From Macrostomum hystrix (lineage: Eukaryota; Animalia; Platyhelminthes), in NCBI GenBank assembly GCA_950097015.1, contig CATNEN010000003.1:6510001-6574000 (forward strand): a DNA stretch of 64,000 nucleotides, written 5' to 3'. Shown here piece by piece: positions 1-13,493 of this stretch. The notes under the pieces are model-generated. The model was not told the origin of the DNA and did not search any database. It saw only the letters and a program-made list of their open reading frames with translations. Every line of letters starts with the position of its first letter. Position 1 is the stretch's first letter. Made by a program: the position numbers and the translations under genes.

Positions 1-540
1 TGAGATGATGGAATGAGATGATGCAATGAGATGATGGAATGAGATGATGGAATGAGATGATGGAATGAGATGATGCAATGAGATGATGGAATGAGATGAT
101 GGAATGAGTTGATAGAATGAGATGATGGAATGAGATGATGGAATGAGTTGATAGAATGAGTTGATGGAATGAGATGATGGAATGAGATGATGGAATGAGA
201 TGATGGAATGAGATGATGGAATGAGATGATGGAATGGGTTGATGGAATGAGATGATGGAATGAGATGATGGAATGAGTTGATGGAATGAGATGATGGAAT
301 GGGTTGATGGAATGAGATGATGGAATGGGTTGATGGAATGAGATGATGGAATGAGATGATGGAATGAGATGATGGAATGAGATGATGGAATGAGATGATG
401 GAATGAGATGATGGAATGAGATGATGGAATGAGATGATGGAATGAGATGATGGAATGAGATGATGGAATGAGATGATGGAATGAGATGATGGAATGAGTT
501 GATGGAATGAGATGATGAATTGAGTTGATAGTATGATGAA
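1..540. repeat. 13-bp tandem array (TGAGATGATGGAA)n
   Basis: Directly visible; runs off the window start. Confidence 0.95.
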
Positions 541-1080
541 ACAGTAACTTATCGATGAAGTAAAATTATTCTAGAAAAAACACAGCCTACTTAAAGTACT
601 ATCGAAATTGTTGCAAGCGAAAAATACAAAAAATTGCCTGTTCTTCTTTACCGTTTAGAAATAGCAAGTTGGCGTTAAAAAATAGCGTTAAAAATAAAAT
701 TCTGAAATATAAATTTCGTCGAATGGTATTTCGCTTAGTACCGCGCAGAAAAGATAAATAAAAAAAAGTCTACGGAAGCTGAGAATTTCTAGAAGCTAAA
801 AAAGCAACTCCAATGTTTTTATGGCCCAACCAGAATGATTGAGAAAAAATCTGTAAAAAACAATTTTACTGCTATTGCGAAATGGCAAAGATACCTCCGG
901 TCTGTATATTGCACACATGGCAGGCCTTCAGTCAGGCAGTAAATAATATTTCCGCCAGTTTCAATTCCTGGCCATTTTTTCTTTTTTTGGACTTCACGCG
1001 CGGACATCAACCAAGCTCTGCATGGCGGGTTTTGGTAAATACCAACACGAGCGCTAGATACTGACTTTCAACTACTTAGA

Positions 1081-1770
1081 CCTCTCCCGTCTCATCTCTC
1101 CCCTGTATGATCTCTCCCCTGTCTGATCTCTCCCCTGTCTGATCTCTCCCCTGTCTCATCTCTCCCCGTCTTATCTCTCCCCTGTCTCATCTCTCCCCTG
1201 TCTCATCTGTACCCTGTCTTATCTCTCCCCTGTCTCATCTCTCCCCTGTCTCATCTCTCCCGTCTCATCTCTCCCCTGTCTCATCTCTCCCGTCTTATTT
1301 CTCCCCTGTCTCATCTCTCCCCAGTCTCATCTCTCCCCAGTCTCATCTCTCCCCTGTCTTATCTGTCCCCTGTCTCATCTGTCCCCTGTCTCATCTGTCC
1401 CCTGTCTCATATCACCCCTCTCTCATCTCACCGTGCCTCATCTCACCCGTGTCTCATCTCTCCCCGTCTTATCTCTCCCCTGTCTCATCTCTCCCCTGTC
1501 TCATCTGTACCCTATCTTATCTGTCCCCTGTCTCATCTCTCCCCAGTCTCATCTCTCCCCTGTCTCATCTGTACCCTGTCTTATCTGTCCCCTGTCTCAT
1601 CTCTCCCCTGTCTCATCTCACCCGTGTCTCATCTCCCCCGTGTCTCATCTCACCCGTGTCTCATCTCTCCCCTATCTCATCTCTCACCTGTATCATCTCT
1701 CACCTGTCTCATCTCCCCCGTGTCTGATCTCTACCGTGTCGCATCTCTCGCCTATCTCGTCTCTCTCATG
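1081..1770. repeat. ~16-17-bp minisatellite (TGTCTCATCTCTCCCC)n, GAGATGAGACAC family
   Basis: Directly visible; reverse complement of the arrays at 16962, 17930 and 61340. Overlapping ORFs are repeat artefacts. Confidence 0.95.
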
Positions 1771-2369
1771 GCTCTTATCTTGCATGTCTCAGCAATAAAT
1801 AAATACAAATATAAAAGAAGGTAGAGGCCCACTCACTCATAGGAAGCCCTTATCTCATCTTATAAATGTGGTGCAATCTGCAGCACCAAGTCACAGCAGT
1901 GTATAGACGCAGTAAAATGATGAACCGCCTGTCGCTTAGCGACTAGTTTTTCTTTCTTTTTCGCATCTTCGCCTTGCGTTTCGGTGCACTTTTAAAGTCA
2001 CGATGTGGTTAGAGCAAATGCTACACATACCTAACGCACTGTAGATGCAGGAATGTGTGTATATATGTATACAGTTTAAGATGCTAGGGCACGAATAATC
2101 AACTACAGTTTTGTTTTGGGTGCTAATATATTTTCCTATTCGTTTTCTCTGCCGCAGTAGCTGAAGATCTAGTTGCCAGTGCAACTATAATCTGCTTTAG
2201 TCGGCGGGCGGCGTCGGAGATTTCAATTTTAGCAGCTGAACTGAACTGTCAGTTACAGTCGGGCTAGCTAATTGCCGATGCTTTGTGGGCCTGTGCTCTT
2301 TTTAAAGGCCGACTGAAACATTAAAATAGAAATTTCTGGGTGGCTTTGTTGAATTAAAAATTTTATACA

Positions 2370-2935
2370 AAGCCCTGAAGGTTCGGAGGTTGGGTGGAAA
2401 ACTGAAGATTTGGAGGTTTGTTTAGAAACTTTAAGCGCTGAAGGTTTGGAGGTTGGTTAGAAACTTTAAGCGCTGAAGGTTTGGAGGTTTGGTGTAAAAC
2501 TGGGGTCCTGAAGTTTCGGAGGTTGGGTGGAAAACTGAGGCCCTGAAGTTTCGGAGGTTGGGTGTAAAACTGAGGCCATGAAGATTTAGAGGTTTGGTGG
2601 AAACCTGAGGCCCTGAAGGCTCGGAGGTTGAGTGGAAAACTGAGGCCATGAAGATTTAGAGGTTTGGTGGAAAAAAGGGGGGCCATCAAGATTTAGAGGT
2701 TTGGTAGAAACCTGAAGCCCGGAAGATTTGGAGGTTTGGTGAAAACCAGAGGTCCTGAAGGTACGGATGTTGGGTGTAAAACTGAGGCCCTGAAGTTTCG
2801 GAGGTTTGGTGTAAAACTGAAGCCCTGAAGTTTCGGATGTTGGGTGTAAAACTGAGGCCCTGAAGTTTCGGAGGTTGGGTGTAAAACTGAAGCCCTGAAG
2901 TTTCGGAGGTTGGGTGTAAAACTGAGGCCCTGAAA
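2370..2935. repeat. ~36-37-bp minisatellite (GCCCTGAAGTTTCGGAGGTTGGGTGTAAAACTGAG)n
   Basis: Directly visible. Confidence 0.9.
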
Positions 2936-3349
2936 GTTTTGCGTGCTATAAAGAAGCACGAGGCCTTGAAGGGTGTACAAGACAGCTGTGACCCTGAGCC
3001 TGAGGATAAAGTGTGTTTATTCTGAACAGAAAAATGCAGTCTTATTGACTGTTTTTGTAACAATTAGGTTCGGCGTGTACTTTTATGAAGTGAACTAAAT
3101 AAATTTAGTCACTGTCGCAGGGCAAATACGCGATAAGTTATTTATGCATTTGCATAGAAATGCCCTTCGTATGTATAATCGCTTACGTAACAAAATCATT
3201 TTGGCAAGCAAGAATTTTTTAAAAGTACAATTAAAGTCGAAACAAATGTAAACTATGTTAAAAGTACATTGACGAAAACATGAAAAATTAAAAAAAGCTG
3301 CATGCAAGTACATTTAACATTTTCTTACATTGATCATAAACCTAATCTA

Positions 3350-3952
3350 CGAGTAGAATGAGGATTGTCGAAGATACGATCGCATAGATTTAACCTAGAA
3401 TCAGGATTCTCATAGATGAGATCTCATACTCGTAGATGAGATCAGAATCAGGATTCTCATGGATGAGATCTCATAGATTTAATCTAGAATCTGGATTCTC
3501 ATGGATGCGATCTCATAGATTCAATCAAGAATCTGGATTCTCATGGATGCGATCTCATAGATTTAATCTAGAATCTGGATTCTCATGGATGCGATCTCAT
3601 AGATTTAATCTAGAATCTGGATTCTCATGGATGCGATCTCATAGATTTAATCTAGAATCTGGATTCTCATGGATGCGATCTCATAGATTTAATCTAGAAT
3701 CTGGATTCTCATGGATGCGATCTCATAGATTTAATCTAGAATCTGGATTCTCATGGATGCGATCTCATAGATTTAATCTAGAATCTGGATTCTCATGGAT
3801 GCGATCTCGTAGATTCAATCTAGAATCTGGATTCTCATGGATGAGATCTCATAGATTTAATCTAGAATCTGGATTCTCAAGGATGAGATCTCATAGATTT
3901 AATCTAGAATTAGGATTCTCATAGATGAGATCTCATAGATTTAATCTAGAAT
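3350..3952. repeat. 42-bp minisatellite (CTCATAGATTTAATCTAGAATCTGGATTCTCATGGATGCGAT)n
   Basis: Directly visible; ORF 3436-3924 has a 14-aa period. Confidence 0.95.
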
Positions 3953-3975
3953 TTGCGAAAAACGTGCCCAATTTT

Positions 3976-5368
3976 CTAGTCGAGAAAATGTCCGGCCCCT
4001 CCGACACTTTTGGCGAACTGCAACGGGGCTGGCGAGGCGTTGAAAGTGTTCCACACGTGCAGCCTGGGATGGTCCGACGATGATCGATGAGAATTCGAAG
4101 ATGCTGGAAAATAATTGTTGTTTAATCTGAAGAGCGAAATCTCATTGCTCAAATCTATAATCAGAATTCTCATGGGTGAGATCTCATAGCTCAAATCTAT
4201 AATCAGAATTCTCATGGGTGAAATCTCATAGCTCAATTCTATAATCAGAATTCTCATGGGTGAGATCTCATAGCTCAAATCTATAATCAGAATTCTCATG
4301 GGTGAGATCTCATATCTCAAATCCAGCTCAAATCGTGTTTAGTCTAGTTTTACGAGAAAGTATTAGCCGCACAAAAAATTCAATCCCGTGAAAGTCTTTC
4401 AAAAAAATAAAAATAGCAGGAGGGCTGCGGGCAATGGCACATTATTTAGTGACACTAGACCCGCAGCCAGCGAGGAGGCAATTCTGCCCATTTCGCTGAC
4501 TCCTGAGCACACACTCACACAGATACTGTACGCAGGCACACGCTCACACAGGTGTGTACATCTGCCCTGACTTTCTCATCGTCAGGCAGTGTACACTCTC
4601 ACTGCGCCTTGAAGTCACTCCACATGAGTCACTCCCAAAAACGGCACTCCGCGTGAGTCACTCCCATAAAAGGCACTTCACTTGAGTCACTCCCAAAAAA
4701 GGCACTCCACATGAGCCACTCCCATAAAAGGCACTCCACATGAGTCACTCCCAAAAACGGCACTCCGCGTGAGTCACTCCCATAAAAGGCACTCCACTTG
4801 AGTCACTCCCAAAAAAGGCACTCCACTTGAGTCACTCCCATAAAAGGCACTCCACTTGAGTCACTCCCATAAAAGGCACTCCGCGTGAGTCACTCCCATA
4901 AAAGGCACTCCGCGTGAGTCACTCCCATAAGAGTCGCTCACCGGGGTGGCCCCGTCCGCCCTGCTGCTTCCTCAGCTCGAACATAAACAAGCTGCCCTTC
5001 TTCCTAGACGAATCGACTCCGCCGCCTCCACCGATTCCACCGCCGCCGCCGCCGCCGCCGCTGCAGCCGCCGCTGCCGCCGAAGGGACCCGAATAGTCGG
5101 CGTCGATATCGACAGCCGTAGCCGAGCAGCTTGGCGAGTCCATGGCGTGACCCTCGCAGGCGTTTCCAAGCGCAGCCGTTGCCGAAGGGTTTAGGCCATA
5201 GACAGCGCCGCAGGTCATGCGCAACTTGGCCTTACCGCGACGCCACAATCTGTGTTGCTTAGCAACGGCAATCCTACGCCGTTTCCTGTGATAAACAAAG
5301 AAACTCACTAGGAGCAGAATACAACAGATTCCGATAATTAACACGTGAGCGATCCAGGGTCGCCACAT
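3976..5368 (-). CDS. Single-pass membrane protein, ~184 aa, two coding exons (5368-4942, 4103-3976)
   Basis: N-terminal hydrophobic helix (WIAHVLIIGICCILLLVSFFVY) followed by basic HRKRRR. Donor CCC G|gtgag at 4942 and acceptor ttccag|CA at 4103 are both phase 1 and join to the stop at 3976. Confidence 0.6.
4135..4325. repeat. 42-bp minisatellite, diverged variant of the 3350-3952 unit
   Basis: Unit CTCATAGCTCAAATCTATAATCAGAATTCTCATGGGTGAGAT aligns colinearly with the upstream unit. Confidence 0.9.
4400..4612 (-). mobile_element. SINE family A, copy lacking the tRNA head
   Basis: Near-identical to 27146-27340, 31170-31360 and the reverse complement of 32620-32760. Confidence 0.8.
4613..4935. 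repeat. ~29-30-bp minisatellite (GAGTCACTCCCATAAAAGGCACTCCACAT)n
   Basis: Directly visible; runs up to the intron donor at 4941. Confidence 0.9.
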
Positions 5369-5959
5369 AAAATGGCTTTTAAATTATTATTCTGCTCTTC
5401 TGTCAGCAAAAAATAATACATGCATGCAACTTACACCGAGAGACGCTAAGGCAAAGCTTATATGGTTAATTTTTTAAGGAATCTATACGGCCGCAGTGAT
5501 TGGCTGAGCCTAGCCAACCACCCCGCACAGGTTACCATGATAGTCGAGTTCTATAATGTAGAATTCCATTTATTGTACACGAATTTCAGCAGTATATGGC
5601 ACACATGCGACAACTGCTTTCCGCTTCTGAAACACACGCACAGACACAGGTACATTACAGCAGCTGCGGGCCATTTTTTATCGGCACTGCGTCCATTAGG
5701 CTTTCAAATAGTTTTTCAAGGTTTTCAAGATGTCTGAATTGACAATCGCATTCTGAAGAATTGAAACTTATTCTTTTAACTTTTGTGTCTGCCGCTTGCG
5801 GGGTAGCTTTCTGGAAAACCTGGTTGTTCTTCTTAGGGTAACATCTCTGACCTCTGCTTTTAACTCTATTCATCTTCCTCTCTCCCTCTAAACTATTTTA
5901 CTTTTTATTTTCTCCCTCTAACCACTCCTACCTGTCTCCCTCAACATCTGCTACTGGCC

Positions 5960-7220
5960 CTCTACCCCTCTACCTCTCTCCCTTTCACTCTATCTCTCTC
6001 CCTCTCACTCTACCTCTCTCCCTCTCACTCTACCTCTCTCCCTCCCTTTCACTCTACCTCTCTACCTCTCTCCCTCTCTCACTCTACCTCTCTCCGTCTC
6101 ACTCTACCTCTCTCCCTCTCTCACTCTCCCTCTCTCCCTCTCACTCTACCTCTCTCCCTCTCTCACTCTCCCTCTCTCCCTCTCACTCTCCCTCTCTCCC
6201 TCTCACTCTACCTCTCTCCCTATCACTCTACCTCTCTCCCTTTCACTCTACCTCTCTCCCTTTCACTCTACCTCTCTCCCTATCACTCTACCTCTCTCCC
6301 TTTCACTCTACCTCTCTCCCTTTCACTCTGCCTCTCTCCCTTTCACTCTACCTCTCTCCCTTTCACTCTACCTCTCTCCCTATCACTCTACCTCTCTCCC
6401 TTTCACTCTACCTCTCTCCCTATCACTCTACCTCTCTCCCTATCACTCTCCCTCTCTCCCTCCCTTTCACTCTACCTCTCTCCCTCTCTCACTCTCCCTC
6501 TCTCCCTATTACTGTACCTCTCTCCCTTTCACTCTACCTCTCTCCCTTTCACTCTACCTCTCTCCCTTTCACTCTACCTCTCTCCCTCTCTACCTCTCTC
6601 ACTCTACCTCTCTCCCTATTACTGTACCTCTCTCCCTTTCACTCTACCTCTCCCCCTTTCACTCTACCTCTCTCCCTTTCACTTAAACTCTCTCCCTATC
6701 ACTCTACCTCTCTCCCTATCACTCTACCTCTCTCCCTTTCACTCTGCCTCTCTCCCTTTCACTCTACCTCTCTCCCTTTCACTCTACCTCTCTCCCTATC
6801 ACTCTACCTCTCTCCCTATCACTCTCCCTCTCTCCCTTTCACTCTACCTCTCTCCCTATCACTCTACCTCTCTCCCTATCACTCTCCCTCTCTCCCTCCC
6901 TTTCACTCTACCTCTCTCCCTCTCTCACTCTCCCTCTCTCCCTATTACTGTACCTCTCTCCCTTTCACTCTACCTCTCTCCCTTTCACTCTACCTCTCTC
7001 CCTTTCACTCTACCTCTCTCCCTTTCACTCTACCTCTCTCCCTCTCTACCTCTCTCACTCTACCTCTCTCCCTTTCACTCTGCCTCTCTCCCTTTCACTC
7101 TACCTCTCTCCCTTTCACTCTACCTCTCTCCCTTTCACTCTACCTCTCCCCCTTTCACTCTACCTCTCTCCCTTTCACTTAAACTCTCTCCCTATCACTC
7201 TACCTCTCTCCCTCACTCTA
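5960..7220. repeat. 20-bp pyrimidine-rich minisatellite (CACTCTACCTCTCTCCCTTT)n
   Basis: Directly visible. Confidence 0.95.
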
Positions 7221-7754
7221 CCAGCCTCTCTATCTCTTCCTACCTCCATGTCCTTTCTTCTCTCTTCTATTTCATACTCTCTCTCTACCCTTCTTACCTC
7301 AATTTCTCTTTTAACCATTCGAAACACTAGGCAAGCAGACTTATCATTGAATAATAATCCAATAGATTGTCTGACACGGCATAGTGCATAGTGCACTTTT
7401 AGCTCATTAGTGCAATCATATTTTGTGCACCGTTGTAAAATTTGTGTTTATGTTCCATTCTCGGCATTAACAATTTTCGTTCAGACAGAAGCCAGTGTCA
7501 ATCAATCAACTGCATTTAGTCATCAATCAATCTGTTAATCGGCTACTAATTTAGTCCTGCCGCGCATTTTTTTACCGAAGCTAAACTTGTCAGTTGAATA
7601 GCTGGAATTGTAATTTCCCGATTGCTGTTGACAGATGGAAGAATGCCTAGCAATGCAATAGGATTTATGCTATGCGATGGATAATGGAGCAATGGGTTTG
7701 ATAACTTCTGTCAATTGTATGGGCCAGAAAAATATGAAGCAGGGCAACCAGACA

Positions 7755-8765
7755 GAGATGAGAGACAAGAGATAAGAGGTGTGAGAAAGATGAAATAGAT
7801 GAGAGATGAGAGAGATGACAGAAATGAGAGAGATGAGACAGTTAAGAGAGATGAGAGAGATAAGACAGATAAGAGAGATGAGACAGATAAGAGAGATAAG
7901 AGAGATGAGACATATAAGAGAGATGAGAGAGATGAGAGAGATGAGAGATATAAGGGAGATGAAAAAGATGAGACAGATTAGAAAGACGAGAAAGATGAGA
8001 GATGAGTGTTAGAGAGATGAGAGAGAAAAGAGGGATGAGAGATGAGAGAGATGAGAGAGATAAGAGAGATGAGAGAGATGAGAGAGACAAGAGGGATGAG
8101 ACAGATAAGAGAGATGAGAGAGATAAGATGAGAGAGATTAGTGTTAGAGAGATGAGAGAGATGAGAGAGATAAGAGGGATGAGACAGATAAGAGGGATAA
8201 GAGAGATGAGACAGAAGAGAGAGATGAGAGAGATAAGAGGGATGAGACAGATAAGAGGGATAAGAGAGATGAGACAGATGAGAGAGATGAGAGAGATAAG
8301 AGGGCTGAGACAGATAAGAGAGATGAGAGAGATAAGACAGATAAGAGAGATGAAAAAGATGAGACAGATTAGAAAGACGAGAAAGATGAGAGAGATGAGT
8401 GCTAGAGAGATGAGTGCTAGAGAGATGAGAGAGATAAGAGGGATGAAAGATGAGACAGATGAGAAAGATGAGAGAGATAAGAGGGATGAGACAGATAGGA
8501 GAGATGAGAGAGATGAGAGAGATAAGAGAGAGAGATAAAGGATGCGAGAGATGAGAGATATAAGAGAGGTGGGAGAGATAAGAGAGATGAGAGAAAGGAG
8601 AAATGAGAGAGATGATAGAGATAAGAGACTGATGAGAGAGACAAGAGGGATGAGAAATGGAAGAGATAAGAGAGATGAAAGAGATGAGACAGATTAGAAA
8701 GACGAGAAAGATGAGAGAGATAAGAGACATAATAAAGATAAGAGAGGTGGCAAAGAAAAGATAGG
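7755..8765. repeat. Purine-rich 9-bp-based array (GAGAGATGA / GAGAGATAA)n
   Basis: Directly visible. Confidence 0.9.
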
Positions 8766-9317
8766 AGACTGGGGAGCCTATCGTTTATACCAGAGAATAT
8801 TATATTATATTGTAGTCATAATATCTTATATCCTGTGGCTTATACATTATATTTATCACAATAGTAATTTTTAGTACATAAACAATCAACAACATCGAGT
8901 ATATGGCATGCTGTTTACAGCAACTTAATAGCAACATATATGCAAAATACGCAAGTAGATAATTATTTTTATTACACATGACACATTTGATCATAACTAG
9001 TATCAGGAAGGAATAATAACAGATGGGACAGGCCTGGGATTGCAAAACAAACTGCAAGCCCTCCCATGTATAGCTAGCTACATTGGTTGGTCTTTGATAG
9101 AAAGTGATAGAAATATCCCAACCGATAGAGAGGATGAGTGACCTAGATCCATCGTTATCAACTGCTGCCAGCCTGCAATATGTTTTTCTGCACTCGTGCA
9201 GTTGTTTAATTTTGTGAGAGAAAAATAATGACAGACTGGTTTTAATTTTAGTTAGAATAACTTCACTTTGCTGGTTCTATACTCGTATACATTAATGCCT
9301 TCTGATTTACCTTTCTT

Positions 9318-9650
9318 TCATTCAGTTCTCCCATTGCTTCCTTCAGTTCTCCCATTGCTTCCTTCAGTTCTCCCATTGCTTCCTTCAGTTCTCCCATAGC
9401 TTCCTTCAGTTCTCCCATTGCTTCCTTCAGTTCACCCATTGCTTCCTTCAGTTCTCCCATAGCTTCCTTCAGTTCTCCCATTGCTTCCCTCAGTTCTCCC
9501 ATTGCTTCCTTCAGTTCACCCATTGCTTCCTTCAGTTCTCCCATTGCTTCCTTCAGTTCTCCCATTGCTTCCTTCAGTTCTCCCATTGCTTCCTTCAGTT
9601 CTCCCATTGCTTCCTTCAGTTCTCCCATTGCTTCTTTCAGTTCTCCCATT
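9318..9650. repeat. 21-bp minisatellite (TTCAGTTCTCCCATTGCTTCC)n
   Basis: Directly visible; the MGELKEA-repeat ORF is an artefact of it. Confidence 0.95.
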
Positions 9651-11558
9651 ATTTCCTTTAATATCCCATAGGCATAATCTATATACTAAAAATGAAAACT
9701 ATCTATATATTTTCTAATTCTCCTAACCTTCTTTCATGATATTCCATTCTCCCCTGCAGCTCTCCCATTCTTTCTTTTAATTCTGCCATTATATCCCTTA
9801 ATTCTCCCACTTTTGCCTTCGATTCTCCCAATAGTTCCTTTAGGCCTCCTAATTTTTCCTTTAATCTTTAGTTCATTCCTTGAAATCTAAAAAATAAAAA
9901 AACGTAGGATAAAAAACACCTGCATTATAATTTTATATAGTGCATCGGCACGCAATCACTTACAACTACTTACAGTAGGCTAAGTAGCAATCAAGGATCA
10001 CAATTTGTGTTGTTTTGTAAATATAAATTTATTTATTTATTTAAACGGACGGTCGGTACATAAAATATAATCAATTTGCAAGCATCTAAGAGCTCTCACA
10101 AAGAGCAAGCTATCAGGAAAACGAATTAAAAATGGAATCAATTGAAAATGATCCTTTTTAACTGGACGGCAAAAAATCAGACACGACAAAACAAATTAAA
10201 ACTTTTGTTAAAAATAAAAAGCGAGGTTCCAGCCCCAGGTAGTACATAGATTTACGCGCAAATTTAAATTATATTTGTTCGTAGAAACACCACAAGGACG
10301 GATAGAATTTAACGTGGCCAATTAAAGATAAAAACAAGAATATTTAAATTGAAGGGACGGAGAAGTTACTGTAAAATCACAATTCGCAAAGCAAGCAAAA
10401 CTTTGTTTTTCTTAGAAACCAATGTTGCTCTTCAGTTGCTATGCGACAGGCAACCAATATGAAACTTTATAATAAGAAAATACTTAGAATGTTAATTTTG
10501 TTTAATTTTTTAGTTGCCCCTTAGCATACTACTAATTTCGTCCCAATCGATGAAGCTGCTATGGCTTTGGCTGTCACTGCGAGCTGAATTCGGCTGCTGC
10601 TGCTGCTGCTGCTGTTGCTGCAAAATAGGTCAGAGTGAAATTTAAGAATTGTTGTTAAAATTATTGACCGAAATATTGATTGGCCAATAGGGATTGAGCT
10701 GTTTCTATTTTTAGAACAGAATAGAGGGAAACCCCAATTTATGCATGCGCGTGACTGACTTTTTTCAGCCAATGAAATGATAAGAAAGACCTACCTGAGG
10801 TCGACCAGAATCGCCGTACACAATTCTAACCATATCGTCTGATAGACTCCACGTGATATCGTCCAGAGATTCAGCTTGGTTTGGACTGCCAGCTCTGTCA
10901 GGGCCAAAAGCGGCGGCTGAGGCGGCAGCGTTTGATCTCGCCTGCTTGCTGGCAGCTTGACGCTTGAGTTCTTCCGCTGTTAATTGTTTTAGGGCAAAAA
11001 GGCGAAAAATGCAATTAAGCTACTTTAAGTAGAAAAGTAAATATATCTCTATTTCAGTCGACATTAACTAACAGGATCTACTTTGTGGGTATTCTAGACT
11101 CCCTAATTTTTCTGTAAGACAATTTAACACTTTAATTATTTAGATGAATTTGCCTGTAAGCTGGAAGTGCCATCCGAAATTAAGATGCAGATTGTTTGCC
11201 AAAAAGTAGTTAACGAACGTTGCTATATACTTGGAGAACAGAACATGGCCAGGGCATAGATACAACTGCCCTCACTGTGTCCCGTAGAGCTGGTTTTCTC
11301 AAAGCAAAATACGGGGCTGAAAGACGGAGCGAGAAGAAAAAGAAGAGAGAAAGAGACAGAAAGGCAGGTTCAAGAAACTGATAAAAGTCTTGACCTGCTC
11401 AACAACCCAGCACGGAGTGGTATTAAATAGATTAAAATTTAAACTCAATCTGACAAAGTGGAGACGTCTGAGAAGGCATTGCTGTTTTTTTCAACTTGAC
11501 TTTTAGTTTTATTTTCTTTTCAAAGAAAGTCCCTAGCATCGACAGTGGCATTTCAGAC

Positions 11559-12813
11559 ATGGCGGAGAATGCCACGGAGTCAAACCAGCAGGACAGCATC
11601 CTGCAGTTTGTCTGGGATCTGAGAATCGGTCACGAGGATGTCATCGCTTCCTCATTATTCCCAGTGTTCATCTCCATCGGTTTCTACTTTGCCACCGTAT
11701 TTCCAATGACATTCTTTGATCTGTGCGCTGGCAAGTGGGCCTGGTACCGCAGCTACAAACTGCAGCCAGAGAAGGAAATCACCTGGCCTATGGTGAAAAA
11801 GTGTCTGGCTCTGGTGATGACGAATAACTTTCTGTACGTCCTACCAGTGACCATTGCTCAGTATATCTGGGTGCCGCCGACTCCGCTGCCAGCAAAGGCG
11901 CCGTCAGTTGTGGAATTCTTTGGCCAACTGGCACTATTGCTGGTGATCTTTGATTTTCAGTACGGAGTCTGGCACGCAGTGCATCACAAGAATCGTTGGC
12001 TGTACAAAAACTTTCACTCCACGCATCACCAGTATCACACCAGCTTCGCTCTGGTTGGACAATACCTTCACCCGTGGGAGCTATTTACAATCGGCTTATT
12101 AACTACGGTTGATCCTTGGTTCTTTCGCTGCCACCCCATGACTTGCTGGGCATGGATGCTGCTGAATGTCTGGCTAGCTGTTGAAGCACACTCAGGTTTA
12201 GACATCTGGCTTAGTTTGAGCACTTTTGTGCCGTTCGGCTTGTACGGAGGCAGCCGGAAGCACGACATGCACCATATGAAACCTTTGACTAACTTCCAGC
12301 CCTACCTCAGCACCTGGGACAGGATCTTCGACTGGGATTGTCCCGGTAATTTCTTTGATTTTATTAATTTTCTACTTATATACTACTAATAGTATACTAG
12401 TGTGATGATTGACTACTAATCGACTCTACTCAGTAGACTCTAATGAACCTTTTTCTACTCAAATTATTATGAGACTAGTTAAATCTACAAGTAGACTCTA
12501 CCTTGGCCTACAAGTAGACTCTACTCAAACCTACCAGTAGACTCAACTTTTAAAACACGACTAATTATATGAAATTTAGTAAAACTAGTTTCCTACAAAT
12601 GCCACATGAATTTTTACAATGGCTCTCCTAAAAATTGCAGGCATGAAAGGCGGCGGTGTGAAACCAGAAGAGCTATTGGCCTGGGAGCGTCGCAATAAGC
12701 GCAAACGCATGAGCAAGCACGCTACAGAGCTTATGTCTGGCACTGTCAATGGATTCCTGACTGTCACAGACGATAACAAGGCTGCAGAGGATGAGTCTAC
12801 TAAGGACAAGTGA
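11559..12813 (+). CDS. Cholesterol 25-hydroxylase-like (fatty acid hydroxylase/sterol desaturase family), ~319 aa; exons 11559-12345 and 12641-12813
   Basis: Di-iron His boxes WHAVHH, HSTHH, EAHSG, HDMHH plus QYLHPWE and NFQPY. Donor CCC G|gtaatt and acceptor ttgcag|GC are both phase 1. The N-terminus may extend to the acceptor at 11525. Confidence 0.85.
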
Positions 12814-13493
12814 AATTCAATTAACTATTCGCAGTCTTCAGGCTAAAAAAAACTAAATGATTGACTTTCTTGCACAAATGATTGAAAAAACACCCGTTGC
12901 TATGCTGTTGCTACGCAAGTATTACGAAAGAATTTTATTGAGTTACGTACTTTAAATAAACAAATAAATCCTTCCAGTCGTTAAGCCATAGTTAGATAAG
13001 TATTATCTAACCTACTAACTAACTTACAAAATAAATTTGTTATCACAATCTACTCTTCTCTGTCTTTAAAAAGGAACAATTCTAGGTAACAGCAGTGGTC
13101 TCAGTCAAATAATACAAACTAATTCATGGCGTACAGTGGTAGTAGACAATAGGAACGAGGGTATTTTGCACAGAATGAACAGGTCGCCACTGTTAGCTCT
13201 TTACAAAGTCTAATTCTAAACGAAGGCGTATGGGTTAAGCAAAGGTAAAAATTTTGCTCGTAGAGTTGAGAAAAAATGCCTGAAAAGAAGACAACTGCAG
13301 GTTTAACTTTGGATGGCCTCCTAACGAATGGCGACTGAAGATGAGAGTAAACACAGTGCACAGGTATAATACAGCGCGGAGTGACGATAACTCATTCAAG
13401 ACAAGCTGAGGCCTGGGCGCATTGCACATTTGCATGACTATAAAAACAGACTACCAAGACAACTAAACTGAGACAATTCACAACCACAGAGAG

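Noticed and set aside
1-540. Telomeric repeat
   Set aside because: The unit is a 13-mer without TTAGGG
1433-9717. Periodic ORFs (CLISPVSHL, RSHRFNLESGFSWM, REMRE, MGELKEA)
   Set aside because: Translations of tandem arrays, open in several frames and strands, with no splice or domain context
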